From positions 186,001 through 250,000 of the forward strand of contig JAAOMT010000590.1 in assembly GCA_016748015.1 (NCBI GenBank): a stretch of 64,000 bases of DNA, written 5' to 3'. Source of the stretch: Geosiphon pyriformis uo1 (Eukaryota > Fungi > Glomeromycota). A program made the position numbers and the translations under genes. Position 1 is the first letter of the stretch, and every line of letters starts with the position of its first letter. The notes under the pieces are model-generated. The model was not told the origin of the DNA. It saw only the letters and a program-made list of their open reading frames with translations, and searched no databases. Positions 25,768 to 39,192 of this stretch are shown one piece after another.

Positions 25768-28700
25768 GCACCAATTTATTAACCTTAATGCCAATACCTA
25801 AATCCAAGTCAAAAAAATATGCAGCTGCTCCACATCTCATTTCATACATATCCAAGTTCCTCAAAAATTCATCTGTGTACACACTAATAACATCCAAACC
25901 AGCATTAAAAAGACTCTGTGTTAATTTAAAAAAGCCACCAGAATTACAAATATCCAAAGACTGAGAGTTAATATTACATGATCCAGTAAAAAGCAAAGAT
26001 CTGGTCAAGAAATTACATGTTAAATTGAATTAGCAAAAGACTAGGTCTTTTGAATCAAGTTTTTTTTAACTGCAAAAGCTCTTTTAATTGAAGATCAATT
26101 TCTTTTTGTTATACAATTGGTTAATAAAAGCAATTTCAAATCTCTTGAGTGAACATAAAACATTATAAAACATAGAATCTCTTAGAACAAAAACATTGGA
26201 GTGCTGTCAGAAAGACAGAATGCAGAAAGACAAATATTGTTAAAAAACATATTACAATCCAAAAAAATTCTTACTATACCAGCCAAAAAATTATTAACTG
26301 GACTGATTTTTAGATTAATGCAAAAAGTAAATGAAAAACCAACTTATGACTTGTAGATCTAAAGACCAATAATCAAACAATCGACCAAAAATCTCTTTAG
26401 CATTTGAAAAACTTAATACTAAAGCTGCTTTACTTTTAGTCTGTAACTGTTCAAATGTTTTTAAGTTATACAATAAAGAATAGTAAAGGGCCTTATTAGG
26501 AAAATCTTTTGGCAGACCAGTTTTTGACTTCAAACCTTTCCTAATCAGTATATTTCATTTAGTACACACATTCTTAGAAACAAAACTAAACTGAGTCTTA
26601 TAATTTACTATAAGTTGTAGTATAGCGAAAACTAAATAAAAAAACTGCTTGTCTGAGATAGCTTTTCTTAAAACCAAATTAACAAAAAAACTGACATCTA
26701 AATAAGTCTTGGCCAAATTAGGTTTGGATAAGCCCTCTGAAGACAAAAAAATACCAAGATACCTGTAAAACTCTTTTCTATGAGCAACAAAAATTGGTAA
26801 ATTACTTATCAACAATAAAACATCTTTTACTTTCTGGTTGATAAGAATGACAACAGTCTTTTTATTATTGATCGAAATGTTATTGATCTTAAAAAAGCTA
26901 CTAGCAATGTTTAAAATGTATTAAATAGCCATTTGGCTACTTTTAACCCAAATTGTGTTGTCAACAAAAGCACTAACTACAAGAAATGATGATAACTCAT
27001 CTATGTTCTTTAGTTTGTTAGTCTTGGCAACAAATTTAGTATCAATATAATAACCATACAAGCTTTTCTGCTGTTTGACTTTACATAACAGAGGATTATA
27101 AAAAATTCTCTAAAGCAGAGAAGAGAAAACTTCACTCTAGTTTAGACTATTATGCACTTGATATCTATCTGTTAAGCCATAGTCAGTTATGACCCAATTA
27201 ATTTTACTATTGTGAATGTTCCCAAAGAACTAGATAAACTATTTACACATTTTAATCTGAACTAAACTGTTTCTCAAATAACATTATTTCACAGAATTGT
27301 AAGCCTTCTGTATGTCTTGTAAAACCAACCAAAATTCATGGTCTTTTTCCAAAGCATTTTTAACTACAAAGCCAATGACAAAGATAGGAGATTGAGTGGT
27401 AATTCTTTTTAGCACAGAAAAATTGTTACCACAAAGAACATTAAATTCATTACAGGCCAAAAAAATTTTATCAGAAAGTAACTTAAAAAGAATTTTATAA
27501 GTAGTCTTAATTTTTTATTTATTTATTTATTTATTTAATGAGTGAAGCCCAATCACTATTTAATACAATACAACTATCTAAAGTTCTAAATTAAATGTGA
27601 TTTATGTATTTGCTACATGTAATTAGCCACTTGGCCAATCAAGGCTATATTATACAACTATATTAACCATAACTTTGCCAGCAACACCAGCAAAAAACAA
27701 ACAGCCAACATCCAGACCAAAATTGGTGATATGATCTCTCTCAATACTCAGTAAATAAGCAACACCACCTGAAATCCTAGTAGAAAGACTCCAAACAATA
27801 TTGTATAAAGACTTATCCACATGAATCAACCCTTAATGCTCCATATTAATCTAAAGCTTCAAATTAGACACCCAGATTTGCTTTCTATGGCCAGTAATCA
27901 CACCTTGAACAAACTCAATAAGATTACATGTTGTGAACTTAGTATTTTCAAAAGAGGCCTTAGCTTCCATCAACCAATCTTTAAATATAAACCTCTTGCA
28001 TAGAACTGTATAAAGTTTAATGTCAGAAGCAGATAAGATGTGTATAAGAGACAGAACCATAACAGCACCAATTTATTAACCTTAATGCCAATACCTAAAT
28101 CCAAGTCAAAAAAATATGCAGCTGCTCCACATCTCATTTCATACATATCCAAGTTCCTCAAAAATTCATCTGTGTACACACTAATAACATCCAAACCAGC
28201 ATTAAAAAGACTCTGTGTTAATTTAAAAAAGCCACCAGAATTACAAATATCCAAAGACTGAGAGTTAATATTACATGATCCAGTAAAAAGCAAAGATCTG
28301 GTCAAGAAATTACATGTTAAATTGAATTAGCAAAAGACTAGGTCTTTTGAATCAAGTTTTTTTTAACTGCAAAAGCTCTTTTAATTGAAGATCAATTTCT
28401 TTTTGTTATACAATTGGTTAATAAAAGCAATTTCAAATCTCTTGAGTGAACATAAAACATTATAAAACATAGAATCTCTTAGAACAAAAACATTGGAGTG
28501 CTGTCAGAAAGACAGAATGCAGAAAGACAAATATTGTTAAAAAACATATTACAATCCAAAAAAATTCTTACTATACCAGCCAAAAAATTATTAACTGGAC
28601 TGATTTTTAGATTAATGCAAAAAGTAAATGAAAAACCAACTTATGACTTGTAGATCTAAAGACCAATAATCAAACAATCGACCAAAAATCTCTTTAGCAT

Positions 28701-30332
28701 TTGAAAAACTTAATACTAAAGCTGCTTTACTTTTAGTCTGTAACTGTTCAAATGTTTTTAAGTTATACAATAAAGAATAGTAAAGGGCCTTATTAGGAAA
28801 ATCTTTTGGCAGACCAGTTTTTGACTTCAAACCTTTCCTAATCAGTATATTTCATTTAGTACACACATTCTTAGAAACAAAACTAAACTGAGTCTTATAA
28901 TTTACTATAAGTTGTAGTATAGCGAAAACTAAATAAAAAAACTGCTTGTCTGAGATAGCTTTTCTTAAAACCAAATTAACAAAAAAACTGACATCTAAAT
29001 AAGTCTTGGCCAAATTAGGTTTGGATAAGCCCTCTGAAGACAAAAAAATACCAAGATACCTGTAAAACTCTTTTCTATGAGCAACAAAAATTGGTAAATT
29101 ACTTATCAACAATAAAACATCTTTTACTTTCTGGTTGATAAGAATGACAACAGTCTTTTTATTATTGATCGAAATGTTATTGATCTTAAAAAAGCTACTA
29201 GCAATGTTTAAAATGTATTAAATAGCCATTTGGCTACTTTTAACCCAAATTGTGTTGTCAACAAAAGCACTAACTACAAGAAATGATGATAACTCATCTA
29301 TGTTCTTTAGTTTGTTAGTCTTGGCAACAAATTTAGTATCAATATAATAACCATACAAGCTTTTCTGCTGTTTGACTTTACATAACAGAGGATTATAAAA
29401 AATTCTCTAAAGCAGAGAAGAGAAAACTTCACTCTAGTTTAGACTATTATGCACTTGATATCTATCTGTTAAGCCATAGTCAGTTATGACCCAATTAATT
29501 TTACTATTGTGAATGTTCCCAAAGAACTAGATAAACTATTTACACATTTTAATCTGAACTAAACTGTTTCTCAAATAACATTATTTCACAGAATTGTAAG
29601 CCTTCTGTATGTCTTGTAAAACCAACCAAAATTCATGGTCTTTTTCCAAAGCATTTTTAACTACAAAGCCAATGACAAAGATAGGAGATTGAGTGGTAAT
29701 TCTTTTTAGCACAGAAAAATTGTTACCACAAAGAACATTAAATTCATTACAGGCCAAAAAAATTTTATCAGAAAGTAACTTAAAAAGAATTTTATAAGTA
29801 GTCTTAATTTTTTATTTATTTATTTATTTATTTAATGAGTGAAGCCCAATCACTATTTAATACAATACAACTATCTAAAGTTCTAAATTAAATGTGATTT
29901 ATGTATTTGCTACATGTAATTAGCCACTTGGCCAATCAAGGCTATATTATACAACTATATTAACCATAACTTTGCCAGCAACACCAGCAAAAAACAAACA
30001 GCCAACATCCAGACCAAAATTGGTGATATGATCTCTCTCAATACTCAGTAAATAAGCAACACCACCTGAAATCCTAGTAGAAAGACTCCAAACAATATTG
30101 TATAAAGACTTATCCACATGAATCAACCCTTAATGCTCCATATTAATCTAAAGCTTCAAATTAGACACCCAGATTTGCTTTCTATGGCCAGTAATCACAC
30201 CTTGAACAAACTCAATAAGATTACATGTTGTGAACTTAGTATTTTCAAAAGAGGCCTTAGCTTCCATCAACCAATCTTTAAATATAAACCTCTTGCATAG
30301 AACTGTATAAAGTTTAATGTCAGAAGCAGATA
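25758..30332. repeat. Apparently identical 2278-bp tandem duplication (25758-28035 = 28055-30332), assembly artefact
   Basis: Identical ORFs at a constant 2297 offset; the two copies are separated only by a 19-bp adapter. Confidence 0.93.
28036..28054 (+). other. Tn5 mosaic end / Nextera adapter contamination
   Basis: Exact AGATGTGTATAAGAGACAG. Confidence 0.98.
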
Positions 30333-33300
30333 AAGCCAAAGATTAAAGAACCACAAATAATAACAAATTTGCACTAATAAGAGACTTCCAAAGAAAAAAA
30401 TGCTTGCTCAATAAACTTTTATGTGTTAAAAAGTCTGAGTCACAAACAAAACTATGATCTGAACACATAAAACACTAAGATAGCTGCTATTATACAAGCA
30501 CTTCATAACAGCCACAGGCAGTTTTTTGTGTAAAGCTTTCATTAAATATGTGTACAAGCCAGAAGTGGCTTTGCTTGTATATCCAGCAGACATGTGGGAA
30601 TTAGGGTGCCAGATTGAGGCAATACAAACCCAATAAATGTTGCCAATCTATGAATAATCTATGATGCTCAAATCTGATCCAAATTCCCATCAAAAACACC
30701 TAATAGTGTTATTTGTTGTTCTAATGAAGCAGCATGTATTGCCAAAAATTGCCTTACCATTTGCCATTAAAAATTTCTCTTTGACATTTGCTAAAAAAAC
30801 AAGCCCCAATGAGGTGGCCAAATCAGCCAACCTATTAGTATGCTTATTACCCAACACACCAGAATGACCCTTTATCTTTGCTTAAGTAACAGAAATATTC
30901 CTAAATTTGACCAAATTACTAATATAACAGTGCTCTATCCAGCACCTGTTGTGAAAATCAGGGACCACTAAACTTAACTTGGTCTGGCAAGCATCCAAGA
31001 AGGCCTGACTGTCAAAAAAAACTGTGACTTTAAAGAAAGCCAGAATGCACTTGAGAGCCAATACAACAGCCTGCATTTCAGCCAAGGTAAATGATAACAA
31101 ACCATAAACTTCCACCCCTATATGCAAATTCAGATCAGAAAAATAGACAGCAGCCTCTCCAACAGCACTAGATGTACCAAAGTTTTTAACAAAATCATTA
31201 GCATAAATCAAGATCTCAGGCAAAAAAGCATCTTTCAGATTAGAGTAAATAAAATTAATGTTGTTTGTGGTAGAAATATCCTGATAAGAACAACATTTAA
31301 AAGTTGATGAAAGGTCTTTAACTAGGCCACCATCTTTGACAAACTCTGAAACCAACATGAACCAAACAGGAACTGGACCCCTGGGATCTAATAATTTTTA
31401 ATGGCAAAAATCCTTCTAACTAAAACATTCACCATGGCTGTTCAAAAATTGATCTGCAAAAATAATCTCAAATTGCTTCAGTAATCTGTAAAACCAGAAG
31501 TATAGCGACTGACCCAAAACATTTAAAACAGAAAAACTATGCTTAAAATAAAAAGCATTGAATGAACCATTGGCCAAGGAGATCTTATTACACAAAAAAA
31601 TTTTGGTAACACCAGCCAGAAAATTGTTTGCAGAATTGACCATCAACTTAACAGGAAATTGAAAAGGGTTCCAAGATACCCAGTCTAAAACCTGCAAATT
31701 CATTGAATTATATTCAAAAAGCCAGTCTATTATTTCTTTACCATTAGCAAATTACAATACTAACACCACTTTTTCTTCTGCCTGAACTTGTTCAAAAGGT
31801 TTTAAATTGTACAAAAAAAGATGGTACACAGCCTTATTAAGAAAATTTTTGGACAAACTGGCTTTAGACTTCAACTTCTTTCTAATCATATGATCTCATT
31901 TCTCACATGTGCTCCAATTGACAAAACTAAACTGAGTCCTGTATTCTACTATGGACTGTAAAACACCCAAGACTAAATAAGAGAACTGTTTGTCCGAGAT
32001 TGTTTTGCATAAAACCATAAATGAAAAAAACTTCACATCCGAATTTGTCTTCTTTAGACTTAGACCAGAAAGACTTTTAGTCAACAGAAAAATGCCCAAA
32101 TACTAATAAGTCTTACCAGCCTTCATGATTAAAATTGAAGATCTACTAATCTCCAAAGAGATGTTACTGGTTTTTGGATTAATAGAAATAGTAACTATCT
32201 TATCTACATTAATTGATATGTCCATTAAATCAAAGAATTCACTAGCAATATTCAAAATGTTTTGTGTCACTGTGCGACAGTTGCCAACCCAAATGGTATT
32301 ATCCACAAAAGCACCAGCAGCCATATATAAAGTCAGACCAGTATTCAACTCTATTCTGCCCATTTTGACCACAAATTTGAAATCAACCCAATACCCAAAA
32401 AGTAATTCATGCCTCTTGACTTTACACAACAAGAAGTCATAAAAAATTCTTTACAGAAGAGGAGAAAAAACTTCATCCTGTTCCAGACTATTATGAACTT
32501 TGTAACCTTTAGACAAACCAAAATTTATTATAATCCTATTCGTATAGCTATTGTAAATACAGTTAAAAAACTTAACAAACTTTTTACACATCTTGATCTT
32601 CTCTAAACTTTTCTTTAAATGCAACCAGCCTACTGAATCATAAGCCTTGCACATGTTCTGAAAAATCAACCAGATTTTTCTGCCCTTTTTCAAAGCATTC
32701 TTTACAACAGATCCTACCACAAAAATAGAAAATTGAGTAGAAATACTCCTCAAAACCAAAAAATTGTCACCATGCAGAACATTATATGTGTTACAAGCCT
32801 TTAAGATTTGATCAGACAGAATTTTTGAAAAAATTTTCCTAACAGTCTCAATAAGAGCAATAGGTCTGATATTTGTCAAAACTCCTTCCCACTCATAAGA
32901 TTTCAGAATTATTGATACCCAGGCTTCTTTTCAGGCATCAGAAATGGATTCACATGCCAGACACAGGTTGAGTAGACAGAAAAGAATGGTCAGAACATGT
33001 TTATCATAGTGCTTTCACATTTTATTAGAGATACCAGACAATTCAGCAGCTTTGCTGTCAGGAAGATCCTTGATTACCAACAAGAACTCATTGGAATCAA
33101 TTAGCTCTATCACACCAGAAAATACACTATTATTAACATAATTGAGAGGTGCAAATTGTCTTTGCTAATAGGAAAAAATAGTAAATTTAATTGCATGTTT
33201 TCTGGTCCAATTTTCCATAATTGAATCAACTTTGTCTTTAACCAAATCTGGCTCTAAAACCAAATCTCTATTATTAACCAAATAATCTAATGTAACTTTT

Positions 33301-36170
33301 TTAAAAGACTTTTCCAACACACTCCTGATCATTTAACTCTTATTGTTTGCAAAAGCTTCCATGTGCTTAGCAATAGCTGCCCTAATTCGAGAATTCTTAG
33401 TGGTCTTGGAATCTGAAAACTTATGAGATTTATAGAATTTTCTAAAATACACTAATGATTGTTCAACCAACACTTTGTCATAATCAATGTCCAACAATCT
33501 TTTGAACTCCACAGCCTGGTCAAAGTTCAAATCAACTCACTTATTAACCAAAACCTGAAATTTTTTCAAATTCCTTAACTTATATGCTTTCAAAATTTTT
33601 GCCATCAACAGTTCCAACTTGTAAAATCTAGAAGATGCAACAAATTTGACTAATCCACCATTCTTGGACCAAGTTCTTACTAGAGCAGCTTCTTCTGTAA
33701 AGCACACCACCTGACAAAGCAGTGGTTGTCAAAGCAGTGGCCAAAGTTAACTCTCCAAACTTCTTCCAAACTTCCTCACTGATGTTGCTGACTTTGTATT
33801 TCTACTTATTTTTCATAGCCTGTTTGCATATCAAATTGAGCTGAGAATTAAAAAAGCCCCTTAAACCAATGTCTACTGACACAACCAAATAATCAAAATT
33901 AAAGAATTCAACTGGATAATAAACATATTGGTTGAAAAAAAAACTGTGAAGGCTATTGCTAACTAAAATAAAATCTATACACTTCTGAACATCTTTAGAA
34001 TTAGATCATGTGAGAAGTTTGTGCAAAAAAAAACTCTGCAAAGAATCAAGCAAACCCAGATCCAAAAATTTCTTAAAGCTTGTACTATGGCCAAAGTCAT
34101 TTTCATTAAAGTTTCTACTAAGAACAACAAAAGTACTGCCATTCAAAGTCTTAGCCATTATTAAATTGATGACATGTAAGTAAGCCAGTCTTTTCTTCAA
34201 AGTAGCTCTTGCATATAAGCCCAAAACTGTCACTAAAAGTTTGTCCCTAAAAAGTAACTTCACAGAAATAAGTTGATCTGGCACTTCAAAAACTTTACAC
34301 ATATACTGTACTAGAGAAACATTCATAATTATGGCTACACTCGAATCCAAGTAACCAAACTTTAAACCAAAAGTGAACACTCAGACACCATCAAACTTAT
34401 TTATAATCCATAGATAAACTTTGCCCCTCAACTTTGTCTCAGTAACCACAGAAATCATGTTGCCTACATCTATATGCTAGCAAATAATATCTTTTTGTTT
34501 GGCAGGATTGTTTATGTTTCTGACATTACACATAGACACTTTCCACACCAAACTATTCATTGAGACAAATGGAGAGCTAAAAAACCCAAACCAGAACACA
34601 AATGATCTAATTTTTTCAACACTGAACTGATTGAGACCTCCAAAACTACTATTTTTGATTCCAAACTGCCCATCTTAAACATCAGAACCTTAGAACTACT
34701 CGAGCTGAGATCAGAGACTATATTATTAGCAGCTGAAAAAGGAGGAGTAAACAGCGTTAGCACACTATTCAAAGCCATATCTATGTCCAAATATGATGTC
34801 AAAGATGTAGGAATGGCCAGAAAAGGAGTACAAGAAAAGATTACCAACAGTACTAGTTCCACAAAACCTAACTTTTTCAAAATACTGGAAACTTGATCTG
34901 CCAAGAGCTCTAAGGAGCATTTCAAAGAGGCCAAATAAGAGTTCAAAAAAGAGTTACCAGTTGAAACCAGAGAAGAATCACCATTTGAACCCAAAGCACC
35001 AAAAGAAGAGAAACCAAAACCAGAGATGGGGCAAAAACTAACAGACCAACCAATAAGCAAAACCACTTGTGCCCAAGATTTGCCATTAAAAGCAGTAAGG
35101 TGAGATATTAAAACACTCTTTCTCTCATACAACTTTGCTAACTGAAGACAATGTTCATTAGAAACAACCTTTTTAAATGTTTTTGAGAGCTTAGAAAGGA
35201 ATGCAACTAATGCATTACATTCCAAAGTGGAATAACCAAATCTCCCACATTTTTTGCACTGAACCAGATCCAATCTTGCCCAAAAAAGCTTAACACCACC
35301 AAGAATCAGTTCCATGAGAAAAGCAGACTCCAATGTCTTATCAGATTTAAAACAAACAACAGTACAATAAGTTCTGTTGTCAGTTTCCAATGAATAATTA
35401 ATGAAGCAAGTTTTCCTATCAGTCCTATTCAAAAGATTACCCAAATTATAAGCTGTAGTTCTCATAGGCAGTGTAAACAAAAGTGCCTTAAACTAATCTC
35501 TAAACACCCAAATCTCTCTATCATCCACAGTCTTAACCATATGCACTGAATTTTTTCTGATCAAGAATGACCATCTTGAGACCAATAGATCAGTATGATC
35601 AGATTTGGCAAACTTCACCACAGCCCTCTGCCATAACCTAATTAGTTGAATTTTGATTGATTTAATTTTTCCAAATTCAGTAACTATAGTGACAATCATC
35701 TCCTTTGGTGTATCTATGAGAATTTCCTTAATTACTATAGCCTGATCTGAACAAATTCTTTGTTTCTTGATATTGCTGTTTATGTTGATCCCCTTATTTC
35801 TGGCCAATAATGCAGCCTTAATCATGTCCTCCTTAGAAGTAAATGTAGATTAAATGATTCTCTCAAACTTTGAAAGAGTAATAGCCCTCCCAAAACCATT
35901 GATTATTGAAAAAAAATTTCTGATGAGTTGAGTTTTTGCTGTCGCCGATTTTTTTTCCACAGTCGAGAGATTAATATTCAATACAAATGACTTCTTGACA
36001 AGTATTTTCACTGGTACTTTGGTAATTTTGGGGTCAATTCACTTCTTTTTCAGAGAAAAATTAACATAAGAAAAAAGGGTGATTTTATCATCATCCATAA
36101 CAAAGTTGGGAGAACTAAGAAAAAAATCAAAATTAGCACTAGTATTGAACTGCTTTGCTTTGGAAGTGGT
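29810..36170 (-). mobile_element. LINE C, 5'-truncated (ORF1 to 34557; ORF2 ~34560-29947), inserted in the LINE B RT; its 3' end is also in the artefactual copy 27513-28035
   Basis: TSD GTCTTAATT (29801-29809 or 27504-27512, and 36171-36179), (TAAA)n tail, APE, RPIALIE, AGAFVDNT, RNase H. Confidence 0.9.
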
Positions 36171-36283
36171 GTCTTAATTAGTGCAATTAGTTTAGTATTA
36201 GTTAGCACACTTTCTTACTTATACAGTTTAGGAATCATTGACACTCAAGCTTTTCTTCACAGTCAAAACACAAATTTATGTAT

Positions 36284-36919
36284 TGTTATTACATTTCTTA
36301 TTAATTATTACATGTATTAACCACTCTATTTTTAGATAGTGATTATTAATTTGATCAATAATCTGATCATTGATCTAGTTATTGACCTGATCATTAATCA
36401 CTTTTAATAACTATATAAGCAATGAATCTCTTAGCTGTGGAAATGCATATAAGAATCAAAGAAAAAAAAGCAATAAAATAATAATTTCATTTCAATCTTT
36501 CTCTTATCACTAAATTTTCTTTCTTTATTTTCAAGTATCTGAACATCTTGGGATAAAAAATTACTTGTTGGTTATTCTCTACTTTTTTTCTGAAATATAT
36601 AATTATAGCATTCAAAGATTATTGAATAAATATGACTGAAAAATACATTTGATACCTGATATTGAATTTTAAGAGCACCAATGTGAGGCATAAAATTATA
36701 CCAGGCGTGATCATTTGTTGACAGTATAGACTATCCCTCTATCTTTAGATTCCCCAGTTATCTTTTGAAAAGTATAGCAACTGAGATATTTTATGAGACT
36801 GATCTCACATATTGAATTCTTATTTATTTAATTCGCTTTTTAAAGTTTTAATTCCTTTCATTACTCTACAATCCTGTTTTTCCTTGCTATTTGTTAGCTT
36901 GTTACTCCAATCTGTAACA
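36284..36919 (+). repeat. 5' LTR of Gypsy D
   Basis: TGTTA...TGTAACA; direct repeat of 43185-43825. Confidence 0.9.
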
Positions 36920-36924
36920 TAAAA

Positions 36925-36941
36925 TGGTGCTTCCTATAAGG
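36925..36941 (+). promoter_or_regulatory. Primer binding site of Gypsy D, possibly elongator tRNA-Met
   Basis: TGGTGCTTCCTATAAGG lies 5 nt after the LTR and resembles a TGGTGCYCC.GTGAGG-type PBS. The tRNA identity is inferred. Confidence 0.6.
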
Positions 36942-38325
36942 TTGTCAAAATCCACTTTGTTTCTTATTGTATAAGTGATTATTCATATCTGTTACAACAA
37001 TTAGAAAAACACTTTGAAGCATACAACAAAAATGATCTAGACTTTATTGAACTCAATCCTTTGTTCTTCTGCTTGATTTGCTTTTCTATTGAAGAACAAT
37101 CTAGCAGACAATTCCAAGACTTTTGGAATTGGTTCCTAAATGAACATTCAGCTGAAACCTATACAGTTTATACAACTTACTACTTTAATCAAGCTTATAT
37201 TGAAGACAACTTTAAAGAAAGAAACAACAGCATTAATCAACTTTTATACTCAACAACCTTTGAACAACAGCCCCCTAATTTCGAATATTTAAATCATCAA
37301 ATTCACATCTAAATTGCTGCCCATCAATCAGTTGAGACTCTCTTTAAAACAAAAAAAGAAAGCTATCAAACTGCTTCTGTTTTTGATCTTTTTTCAAGTA
37401 AATCAGAACATTCTACACAAACAATTACTTCTGAACTAATGGCTAATAACTTCATGCAAGCAAATATTTTAGCTGCTCTTCAAGATATACAAACTGCTTT
37501 GAGATAAAGAAACAATATCCCACTATCTTTATTCAAAGATGATACACAAAATCCAATTAAATGATTGAATGATTTTGAAAGAGCAGCTACTGCAAACCAA
37601 TATGATGCTAAATACAAGTTTTAAATCATTGGTGGTTACCTTTAAGGCTCTCTTGCTACTTGGTTCTCACAAAAAACTGATGCTGGTGTTTACCAAAGAA
37701 TTATTAAATGGACACCAACAAATGCTGAAGAAAAAAATATCTTTTTTACAACCTGGTTTAAAACTAAATTTAAAACTCCTATTCTGATATCCAAATGACA
37801 TATAGAATTAAAAAGAAAAACCCAAGGTCCTAAGTATGTCAAAGCAATCAGAAAATTAATCAAGCAAGTAAACTCTAAAAAAAACTAGACAAAAAAACAA
37901 AAGATTCATTCCTTTATAAAAGAATTGAAAACTGATTTTTTCTATGCTCTTTGGCCCCTCTTGGCACTGAAAGACAATTCCATAATGAATATGGTTATTG
38001 AATTTGCTCAGAGAATAGAAGACAATTAAAGAATGCAATTAGGATTTACACTTCCAGTTTTTGCTTTTGCTCTTGTTATGGCTTCTGCTTTCTAAATGGC
38101 TGCTACTTTTTTTGCTGCCCAAACTCAAGACTTAAATGAATAGTTAATAGATAGACTTACAGCTAATCTTGCCCAGTTACTGGAACTCTTAACTTAAACA
38201 GTTAAAGAGAATCAACAATCCCAAAAACCCAGATTTAAACCTCATTTTAATCAACTCTAGCAACCCCCTTATCAAAAACAACAAAATTGTGGCCCACTTG
38301 TGTGTTATTACTGTGGATTAACTGG

Positions 38326-39192
38326 TATTACAAGTAATTATTTTGGGTTTCAAATTAAATAACAAATTCATAACTTGGTACTAATTCACTTGATAACATT
38401 GGTAATATCTGAAAGTTGTTTATATCTAAAGGTTTAATTGTCTAAAGGTTTTGGTTGAGTCCTTTGTATAATAGACAGAGATTCACTTATTGTTTTATTT
38501 ATAGCTTCTCAGAACCACAATTCCATCAAATTTTTTTCTCAGCATAATGATTAATAATCCTTCTAATAAGCTATCCTTAATTAAGTGTTTTATTCTTATT
38601 TTTGAGTCTTTTACCAGTTACTTATATCCTGATGTCAGTATCTTCACATATTAATCTTTTTAATCAAGTTAGTAAAAATAAACAAAGACAGAAAATAAAA
38701 TAAAGAAAAATAAAAAATAAGCCAAGGCAATAAATGTTAGTATTCCATCAATAGCCATAATCAAGAGTTATTGTTCTAGTGTGGTTAAGTATCAATTACT
38801 ATCAACATAGAGTGTTGATAGTGGAAGAGTGAATTAAAAGAACAAATAATTATTTATTGATATTTGAGAATTAAAAGATTGCTTAGATAAAATCTAAACT
38901 GAAAGATCTGTTTTTTCTACTTCTAATACTACTGCTATATATACATAATTGAGATTCTTCAATTTCTTAATTTTTCACACCAGGAATCTTGGAATTTCTA
39001 GAATTCTGCAATTCCTTTGAGAGGAATCCTGGAATTCTGGAATCCTGCAATTCTTTGTATAAAAATTCTGAAATTTCTGAAATCTTGCAATTCCTTTGAG
39101 AAGAATCCTGGAATTTCCCATTTATTATGGCTACTTTTGATTGGCTAATTTACAGTATATGCTAATATATTTTCTATATTCTATAAGTAACA
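38326..39192 (-). repeat. Solo LTR inserted in the gag zinc knuckle of Gypsy D
   Basis: Flanks rejoin to CY.CGLTG|HFSRNC; decayed TSD CTGG/TTGA; R/U5 is the reverse complement of ~46000-46583. Confidence 0.88.

Noticed and set aside
25758-30332. Recent biological tandem duplication or Tn5/IS50 insertion
   Set aside because: Only one 19-bp synthetic mosaic end, no transposase, and identical copies: a library artefact.
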